DNA from: Candidatus Nanoarchaeia archaeon
Lineage (GTDB): Archaea > Nanobdellota > Nanobdellia > Woesearchaeales > GW2011-AR9
Length of the DNA: 64,000 bases
Direction of reading: 5' to 3'
Assembly (NCBI GenBank): GCA_035290865.1
Contig: DATDTM010000047.1
Location: 14,127-78,126, forward strand
The notes beneath the pieces are model-generated. The model made no database searches. It was given only the letters and a program-made list of their open reading frames with translations, and had not been told where the DNA came from. Both the position numbers and the translations under genes were made by a program. Below are positions 57,301-64,000 of the stretch, piece after piece; the first letter of the stretch is position 1, and every line of letters begins with the position of its first letter.

Positions 57301-58334
57301 GTAAGATCAAAACCACCATACTTTCCAGAGACTGAACTGGCATAAACTTCTAGAGTCCAATTACCTGCTTGCATTTGTGGTTTATTTATCGTCAAACTTT
57401 TAGTGTAGGAAGTGCTCAAATCAGAAGCAACAACAGTACCGCTGGGGTTGAGCACTCTTAATTGTAAGTAAGATAATGAAAAGAAAGGGTCAACCTTGAA
57501 TCCTTCTTCTTGCCCGTTAAGTGTAAGGTAGAATTTCCAGGTCTGACCGTTAGCAATTCGGGCGGAAAGAGATTCTCCTATTTGAATACTCTGGGCAAGG
57601 AAAATGTTGTCGTAGTAATAATCGAACATCCACTCCCAGACTTTCCCTGTTAGCGCCCAGTATTGGGTGCCCCATTGAGTCATATAAGTTCCATCACCTT
57701 TTGATTTATTTGCTACCTGACCAGCTATATATGCAGCATTGAGAATATTTTCAGTTCCTGTCCCGTTGTAAACTGCATAGTAATCCCAAGTATAGTCTAC
57801 TGCTTGATTTCCGTCGTTGGTGTTAGAATTATTTTTATACATTTGGTCGCAGGTGAAGTCAACGACATGGGCGCCGGTTTCTTTCCACTTTTTTGTATTT
57901 TCAGTTTCATATATTTTAATAGTATACCACGGAGCTAATTTTGTTGCCATTGCACCTGCTCTAAGACTTTCTGTTGGCCATAAGATAGAAATCGCTGGTG
58001 CCCATTCATTTGGAAGAACATCTTTAACATAAGTTTTGAAGTTCAGTGTTTGTTTTGAAAAACCAGGTGTTCCATCAATAATTCTATTTTTAATGTAAAT
58101 ATCCAAACCTAATTGAGAACCATTACCATAATTGTTAACTAAACTAGGGCAATCTGCTTTTTCTGCATTAGTAAAACCGGTAATTGCTACAGTTATGTTT
58201 ATGGGGAATTGTTCGATATTAGCATGAGCAAATTTAATCATGAGAGATAGAACTACAACAAAAAAAATTGTTCTAAACCAACGTCTCTTCAAATAGATCA
58301 TATATTTCCTCTTTTTAGGGGAGCCTTGTACCAA
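54381..58334 (-). CDS. large (1317 aa) surface protein: N-terminal SpoIID/LytB-like domain, CARDB domain, five ~90-aa Ig-like repeats
   Basis: [32 protein letters not shown] parallels the SpoIID/LytB consensus [34 protein letters not shown] parallels TTHCQVY; repeats PPVITINSP...DPEDGN...[12 protein letters not shown] five times; [14 protein letters not shown] (CARDB). Confidence 0.65.
   Translation of the reverse strand: [1317 protein letters not shown]
57059..57270. repeat. ~210-bp near-identical dispersed direct repeat, copy 1 (inside the 1317-aa gene)
   Basis: gtcacccacattttgtgattaggga[c/t]aattaagctggttaagaaagcgttagt...gaagtgaagttgatgccgccgg occurs at both loci. Confidence 0.8.
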
Positions 58335-59028
58335 TCCTTATAATATATCTCTTATTCACAATTTTTTTTAAGCCATTTTTTGTGATAAATCCAGTTATCC
58401 CCATTTTTCCACTTGCTTCAACTTTAATATCATTTGCTAGTTCTAATTGTACTTCTTTTGTATTCTTTTCAAAATTCTCCCATTCTTCAATTCTAAAATG
58501 AATAAACACCGGGACAAATTCCTCTTTCTCTACCCTTTCCCATAATTGATCTTCAATCAGAGGACCGACAAGTATTCCCATTTTTTCTCTTTTCTCATCT
58601 AAAACAATTTGGTCTTCTATCATAAAACCCAACTCTTGTTGACTCTGTTGAAAATCTGGTGCTTGTGCAATAACTATCTCTTTCAGAACTTCCATCTTAT
58701 ACTCTTTCTCCGAAACCCCTTCATTCACTTCTCCCGGTAAGTCCTTCGCTTTACTCTTATTAATCATTCCAAAGATTACATTTCCATAAGTTTTACTTTG
58801 CTCGGTATCGTTAATTACTAGACCTTTCGCTTTCAATTTCTCCAGAGTTTCATTAGTAATAGAATCTACTTTAACCGCAACCGAGATGATTTCACCGGTT
58901 TTAATTTCCTGCGGAATTTCTTTCACTGCACAGCCGGCGAGAAATAATATGCTAAGCAATAGAACAAATATAATACACCTTGCTTTTTTCATCTGTTCAC
59001 TCATTTTATTTTTGAATACTTCTGACAT
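58315..59028 (-). CDS. lipoprotein-like protein B1 (classic LAGC lipobox), partner of the SpoIID-like cassette
   Basis: ILFLAGCAV; paralogous to the 59765-60472 product (KGLVINDTEQSK / KGLIVSYETSEN, ...PVFIHFRIEEWENF / PAYIKFRMEYWGDN). Confidence 0.5.
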   Translation of the reverse strand: MSEVFKNKMSEQMKKARCIIFVLLLSILFLAGCAVKEIPQEIKTGEIISVAVKVDSITNETLEKLKAKGLVINDTEQSKTYGNVIFGMINKSKAKDLPGEVNEGVSEKEYKMEVLKEIVIAQAPDFQQSQQELGFMIEDQIVLDEKREKMGILVGPLIEDQLWERVEKEEFVPVFIHFRIEEWENFEKNTKEVQLELANDIKVEASGKMGITGFITKNGLKKIVNKRYIIRIGTRLP

Positions 59029-59796
59029 TTATAAAACCTCTTTTCTATCAATAACATAGAACTTCCATGTTTGCCCTTTGGCAATCTTAGCAGAGACGGC
59101 ATCACCAATCACCATATTCTTCGCAAGAAAAGAATTGTTATAGTAATAGTTGAGGATATATTCCCAAGGCTTGCCGGATTGAACGAGATATTGAGAGCCC
59201 CATTGGCTCATTTGCAGCCCAGGATATTCTACGATTTCTTTTTTCCAGATACCGTCTGTGCCTTGGTAATGTAAGGCTTCGAGGACTTTTTCTGTTCCGC
59301 TGTAATTCTTTTCAGCGTAGTAAGACCAAGTGTCATCGACAGATTGGTTCGTTTTTAGTTGAGTGGTTTCGTCGTACATTTGGTCGCAGGTGAAGTCTAC
59401 TACATCGGCACCGATTAATGACCACTTTTGTGGTTCATCTACTCTATACCAACCATATAATTTAACTGCCATCGCACCTGAACGAAGGCTTTCTTGATTC
59501 CAAGTAGTATTCCATTCGTTATCCAATACCCTTTGAGTATATAATTTCAAAGGAACAGTATCGACAGTAACAGTATGATTTTTGATATATTGTTCCAAAC
59601 CATCTCCGTGAGTAGCTTCAAGTTTGGGACAATCTGTCTTTTCATCCCAAGAAAGATTTGTGATAGCTACTTTTATACTGTCTGGAAAAGTTAACAAATT
59701 TGCAGAAACATCTATGGATAAAAATAACACAATTCCTACCACTAGTACAGCTATAGCTCCTTGCTTAATTATTACAAGTTTTGGTTCCATTTTCAA
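59029..59796 (-). CDS. stand-alone secreted SpoIID/LytB-like domain protein (paralog of the N-terminus of the 1317-aa protein)
   Basis: [44 protein letters not shown] and YYYNNSFLA are all shared with the 54381-58334 product; nucleotide similarity to 57560-57900. Confidence 0.55.
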   Translation of the reverse strand: [255 protein letters not shown]

Positions 59797-60472
59797 ATAC
59801 AGTGCAATGAGGTATACTCAAGTCTCTCCAGCCAATATCTAATATACATTCAACATTTCTTAGTTTATTAACTCCTTCTTGAGTTATCTCTCCTTTAAGA
59901 GCCCCTCTCTCATCCTCTTCTAATTTAAAATCTGCTTTACTTAACCGTGAATTTATTTCATCAAGACAGATTTTACTATTATCACCCCAGTACTCCATTC
60001 TAAATTTTATATACGCTGGAGCGTACTCTTTATCTTTTAATTCTTCTAACAATTTTTTTCTTATATAAGGTCCAACAGTAATATTCTCTTTAGCTCTAGC
60101 CTCATCAATAATATTCTGCATATCTTTGTCCGTTAACTGCTGGCTTTCTTTCTTCTTCACCACTTTAATCTGAGAATTATTTTGTAATTTACCAAACTCC
60201 GTTTTATTAATCTCGCCGGTCAAAACTAAGTTTTCACTTGTTTCGTAAGAAACTATCAATCCTTTCTGTTTCAAATCTTCAATAACGCTGGCAGAAACAT
60301 TCTTATCAACAATAACATTAACTTTTATCTTATCTGGACTTACGGATGGTTCTACCGGAACTTCTTCTTTAGCACATCCAATAATAATTAGAATCAATAG
60401 TACTAATAATATCCCAATAAACAAACTTTTTTTTCTCATCCTACACCCCCCTTCTTTCACTTTAGTAAACAT
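59765..60472 (-). CDS. lipoprotein-like protein B2 (IIGC lipobox), paralog of B1
   Basis: See B1; follows the stand-alone SpoIID-like gene in the same order as in the first module. Confidence 0.5.
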   Translation of the reverse strand: MFTKVKEGGCRMRKKSLFIGILLVLLILIIIGCAKEEVPVEPSVSPDKIKVNVIVDKNVSASVIEDLKQKGLIVSYETSENLVLTGEINKTEFGKLQNNSQIKVVKKKESQQLTDKDMQNIIDEARAKENITVGPYIRKKLLEELKDKEYAPAYIKFRMEYWGDNSKICLDEINSRLSKADFKLEEDERGALKGEITQEGVNKLRNVECILDIGWRDLSIPHCTVFENGTKTCNN

Positions 60473-60479
60473 TCAATCT

Positions 60480-60704
60480 TTATAAAGCCTCTTTACCACT
60501 TAAAGATATGCTTTTGATAATTGGATTCTCTCGCACAAAAGTAATCAACAAAACATCTCCGCACGGCGATTCAAAAACCATGGTCACCCACATTTTGTGA
60601 TTAGGGATAATTAAGCTGGTTAAGAAAGCGTTAGTGGCTTGGACGGTAGCGTTAGTGATATTGATCAGAACATCAGTTGTGTTAGCTTCTTTTCCTTTCA
60701 TCAC
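60480..60704 (-). pseudogene. truncated duplicate of an internal segment of the 1317-aa surface protein gene
   Basis: [30 protein letters not shown](I/V)PNHKMWVTM is identical in both; the DNA at 60580-60790 matches 57059-57270 with about 3 mismatches. Confidence 0.5.
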
Positions 60705-60790
60705 GGCGACAAAACCTTCTTGAGGGTCGCAGGTAGAGATATAGTTGAGATTAGCGGAAGTGAAGTTGATGCCGCCGGGAGCGGCTGCTG
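60580..60790. repeat. ~210-bp near-identical dispersed direct repeat, copy 2 (gene fragment)
   Basis: As copy 1; divergence begins exactly at the repeat borders. Confidence 0.8.
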
Positions 60791-60879
60791 GGTTACTAGC
60801 ATCTGATGCTTTCGGAGTTATTCCCAGCTTGAAATCAGCGAAATCTTTTTCAATTTTCTTTCCGGTGACATTAATCTTT

Positions 60880-62664
60880 CTAGCTCACTACCTCATTAAA
60901 ATTTATCTCCACGCTCTTACTGATCAGATAATCATAATCTAAACTGGCCAGGAAAGTTTTCGGCACCCAATCTTTAGTATTTTTCAATTCCACAGGATAA
61001 TCTTTCACCTGACATTGGGGCCTGGAAATTATTTTCTTATACCCGGAAGCATCGATATTGGTCTCGTAGAGACATTGAGAATTATCTACTACAAAACCAG
61101 GCAGCTCAATCTGAAATCGTTTTACTAATAAAATCTTTCCCATCCCCACATTTTCAATATTGGAGATTAAACTTAAAGTTTTAAAGGGCTTGTTTTCGAT
61201 TATGGAATCTTTCTGTACATGCCCTAGATCAAAATTGATCTTAGCAAATTCTTTGGGCGCTCTGGATTCTTTGATCGTAACGATCTTATTTATTTCCGGC
61301 ATTAAAGCTTTTTTCTCTTCAGGAGTTTTATCTCCGATAAACGCTCTCTGTAACAAAGACTGGGTATTCAAATCTAATAATTTTGCAGAAAATTCTAGAT
61401 TATAACTAGCATTAAGCACTTTTCCTTCCGGAGGATAGCATAAGAAAGTATTGCCTAATTCTTCTTCTTTAAATTCAATTGCTGGAGAGGTGCTTGGCTC
61501 AATCCTGCCTAAGAAACTCTCTTTAGAAATCTTATCCGTAAAATTACAATACATCTCCGCTTTAATCACTAATTTTCTAGGATTCTTTATTTTCAGCTCT
61601 ACCGGAAAGGGCAGATTCGCAGCATAAAATTGGGGGAAATAATCTTTGTTTATGACTAATTCTGCGCTGGTAGGAATTTTGATAGTAGGATCAATCACTC
61701 CTCCCACCATTAAAGAAACTTCTTCTTTCTCTTTTTTCTTTTCAGCAATGCATGTTTCAAATTCCGGTGTACCCTCTTTCTTTTTCTCCATTTCAGTACA
61801 GCTATAACTCAATTCAGAATATGCTTGTTTCTCTTCTACACAGCCCTCAATATTAGTATATTCTCCTTCTATTAAACATTTTAAGTTCGACCAGGCAGGA
61901 TTTTCTTTTTGGGGCAATTGTTCTCTTAATCTCGCCTGAGCTTCCTCAAATTCTGTTGCGCTGGGCAATAAAGATTGGTCATAGCCTAGATTAGGAATGC
62001 TCGGAGCTACGAAAACAAAGATCAAGTACATTATTCCCACTATTCGAGTTAAATTTATAGCCACATTAGCGAACTTGCTCTCGCTGGCCTCTGCAGGTAA
62101 AGTTAATAAGCCAAAGAAAGCCCACCAGGGCATGAATAGGACTAAACTTTCCATCAGCGGAGTAATAGGCAGGCTTAAATTTTCCGCTAAGAAAGCAATT
62201 AACCCAATATCTAAAAAAAAGAAAATTACTGGAATAAAACCTAACAATTCTGGTTTAAGGCTCTGTCCTTTGGAAAAGACTCCAAAAATAAGTGAAATAA
62301 TTAATATTCCAGCTCCGAAATAAAGCAGGAATTCTGGGTCATAATTTCCTCCAAATAAAAAGTACCAGATTACGAATATTAACATCGGAATTAATATTGC
62401 GCTACGATTCTTTTCAGTTTTCTGGGCTAGAGCATATCCCGCTAAGATAAACAAAGTCAAAGAGAAAACAAAAGTGATTGCCGATGCTCCTCCCGTAGTC
62501 AAACGCAAAATAAAATGGATTACTCCTAGAACCACCATCATCCAACTCAAGTTTTTGGCTGCTCCGCTCACTGCTCCTGCCGCTTCGCTGGCGCCAGCAG
62601 ACTTTGCTGCTGCTCCTACCTCTCCAGAAGCTGCAACTTTCGCTGCCTCACCAAAAAGTGTCAT
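60880..62664 (-). CDS. polytopic membrane protein (~8 TM) with large C-terminal extracellular domain, hypothetical
   Basis: Ala/Gly-rich N-terminus, 7-8 hydrophobic helices, then ~330-aa Cys-containing soluble domain. Confidence 0.5.
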   Translation of the reverse strand: MTLFGEAAKVAASGEVGAAAKSAGASEAAGAVSGAAKNLSWMMVVLGVIHFILRLTTGGASAITFVFSLTLFILAGYALAQKTEKNRSAILIPMLIFVIWYFLFGGNYDPEFLLYFGAGILIISLIFGVFSKGQSLKPELLGFIPVIFFFLDIGLIAFLAENLSLPITPLMESLVLFMPWWAFFGLLTLPAEASESKFANVAINLTRIVGIMYLIFVFVAPSIPNLGYDQSLLPSATEFEEAQARLREQLPQKENPAWSNLKCLIEGEYTNIEGCVEEKQAYSELSYSCTEMEKKKEGTPEFETCIAEKKKEKEEVSLMVGGVIDPTIKIPTSAELVINKDYFPQFYAANLPFPVELKIKNPRKLVIKAEMYCNFTDKISKESFLGRIEPSTSPAIEFKEEELGNTFLCYPPEGKVLNASYNLEFSAKLLDLNTQSLLQRAFIGDKTPEEKKALMPEINKIVTIKESRAPKEFAKINFDLGHVQKDSIIENKPFKTLSLISNIENVGMGKILLVKRFQIELPGFVVDNSQCLYETNIDASGYKKIISRPQCQVKDYPVELKNTKDWVPKTFLASLDYDYLISKSVEINFNEVVS

Positions 62665-62749
62665 CCCATCTTCCTCTTTTTTTATATGTTAAACCTATTT
62701 TAAAAATAAAAACTAAAAAAGTAATCTAATCGGCCCCTAAATACCATAA

Positions 62750-63946
62750 CTACTTCACTAAATCCACCCGAAGTTCCTGTACTTCAATGGTTTTATCCGG
62801 CTTGACTTTCAGGGCATTATTACCCTGGACAATATCATCACTCAAGTCTAAGATGTAAGTTACCTCTTTGGTATCAAAATTCTTGGCATGGCCGTTAAAG
62901 ATTAATTCTCCATATTTGCTGCTGACTACGTCCACAAAATTTAAGGTAGCCCGTAATCTTAACTTTTCATCCACCACGTCCTGATACTGTTCGTAAGATA
63001 CCTCAAAATAATAAGTGGGATATTCAACCTCTTTTAATTCTGATTCGATTTTGATATTAGAGATAACATAAGTTCCTTTACTGGTCAGGAAAACAATCTC
63101 ATTCTCTCCAGAATAAACCAGGCTGGGAGAAAATTCTAAGGGCACCATGGACAACTCACAGTCAGGAATGGCAGAATAAATTTCGTTGCCGTTAATTAAC
63201 ACTTCCAGCTTCCCCGCTTTATTTGTATCACAGTCTGGCTTGAATTTTAATCTTATTTTTTCCAAGTTTTTCTTCTCTGTTTCCGAAACTAAGAAAAGAT
63301 TCTTGGAAGCTTGAGATTCCAGATTAGTCACATCAGAAACTACTTTCAGTTTTTCTACCTGGATCGAATTAGTTTTCCAGAAAGCTGCTCCCACTCCCGA
63401 AGTGCTGAACAACAATTCATTATTTTCTTGGATGGAATTTTTAGGAAGATTGACTACTAACGATTCTCCTGCGGTGACCTCTGAACTGAAAATTTCATCT
63501 CCATTTAAACTAACCAATAAATCTCCTTGGGCAGATTTTACGGTAAAGCTTAACAAGAAATCCTCGGACTGGTCTAAACTGGGCACCGTAAACTTAAAAT
63601 TGCTTTGTTCTTCAGAGAAAGCGCCTTTTTTCATGCTGGCTACATTCTTTTCCGCTAGAATCTTACTTTCAGTTTTAGTAAAGATAGTAGTTACCGGAAG
63701 CGGGTGTTCAATCTCTTTTTGATTCAAAAAATCAATCTTTCCCGGAGAAACTTTCAATAGATTAATCTTGACTTTGGCCTCATCGATCACTTTAGGGGCG
63801 GTGCTGGTAGAAGTAGAACTTTCTCCTAATAGTTCCGCTCTTTCCTGAGGCGGGATTAAAACAATAAATCCCACTAATAAAGCGGCAATGATTACCAATA
63901 AGATGGCTGCTCCCGCAGCTGCCTGACCTCTTTTACTTTGGTTCAT
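62750..63946 (-). CDS. type IV pilin-like (class III signal peptide) surface protein
   Basis: MNQSKRGQAAAGAAILLVIIAALLVGFIVLIPP fits the archaeal prepilin signal: basic residues, KRG cleavage-site-like motif, hydrophobic helix; ~360-aa beta-rich C-terminal domain. Confidence 0.5.
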   Translation of the reverse strand: MNQSKRGQAAAGAAILLVIIAALLVGFIVLIPPQERAELLGESSTSTSTAPKVIDEAKVKINLLKVSPGKIDFLNQKEIEHPLPVTTIFTKTESKILAEKNVASMKKGAFSEEQSNFKFTVPSLDQSEDFLLSFTVKSAQGDLLVSLNGDEIFSSEVTAGESLVVNLPKNSIQENNELLFSTSGVGAAFWKTNSIQVEKLKVVSDVTNLESQASKNLFLVSETEKKNLEKIRLKFKPDCDTNKAGKLEVLINGNEIYSAIPDCELSMVPLEFSPSLVYSGENEIVFLTSKGTYVISNIKIESELKEVEYPTYYFEVSYEQYQDVVDEKLRLRATLNFVDVVSSKYGELIFNGHAKNFDTKEVTYILDLSDDIVQGNNALKVKPDKTIEVQELRVDLVK

Positions 63947-64000
63947 AATTAAAAGTAAGAAAATCTTTTAATATATAAAGTATTCTGTTTTTGTAAATAC

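Noticed and set aside
46430-58334. Possible CRISPR array or other non-coding repeat array suggested by repetitive sequence in the 46-58 kb region
   Set aside because: The repeats are long (270-310 bp), imperfect and in frame. They encode Ig-like, CARDB and beta-helix protein modules. No short, regularly spaced direct repeats with unique spacers occur anywhere in the window.

Overview
This AT-rich 64-kb window is archaeal. It carries aIF5B, aIF-1A, an RFC small subunit and Cbf5 (each interrupted by a LAGLIDADG intein), Trm1, NAC-alpha, Sec61-beta, ribosomal protein S3Ae, SecD/SecF and an RNase P RNA candidate. Small proteins, inteins and giant surface proteins suggest a DPANN-like symbiont; that lineage call is inference. 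Coordinates 1-45500 hold housekeeping genes mixed with many secreted proteins that carry bacterial-type lipobox N-termini. A lipoprotein signal peptidase (lspA) homolog, a HepT/MNT toxin-antitoxin pair, and a VapB/VapC pair whose PIN gene is broken by an in-frame amber codon also lie there. Coordinates 45500-64000, all on the minus strand, form a surface-protein island: a beta-helix protein, a 2013-aa protein with CARDB, FN3 and glycine-rich modules, and a 1317-aa protein whose N-terminal domain matches the SpoIID/LytB peptidoglycan-lytic family. That last protein is followed by a tandemly duplicated two-gene cassette (a SpoIID-like paralog plus a lipoprotein), a near-identical 210-bp duplicated fragment, a polytopic membrane protein and a protein with a class III (type IV pilin-like) signal peptide. 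I found no CRISPR array, rRNA or convincing tRNA.
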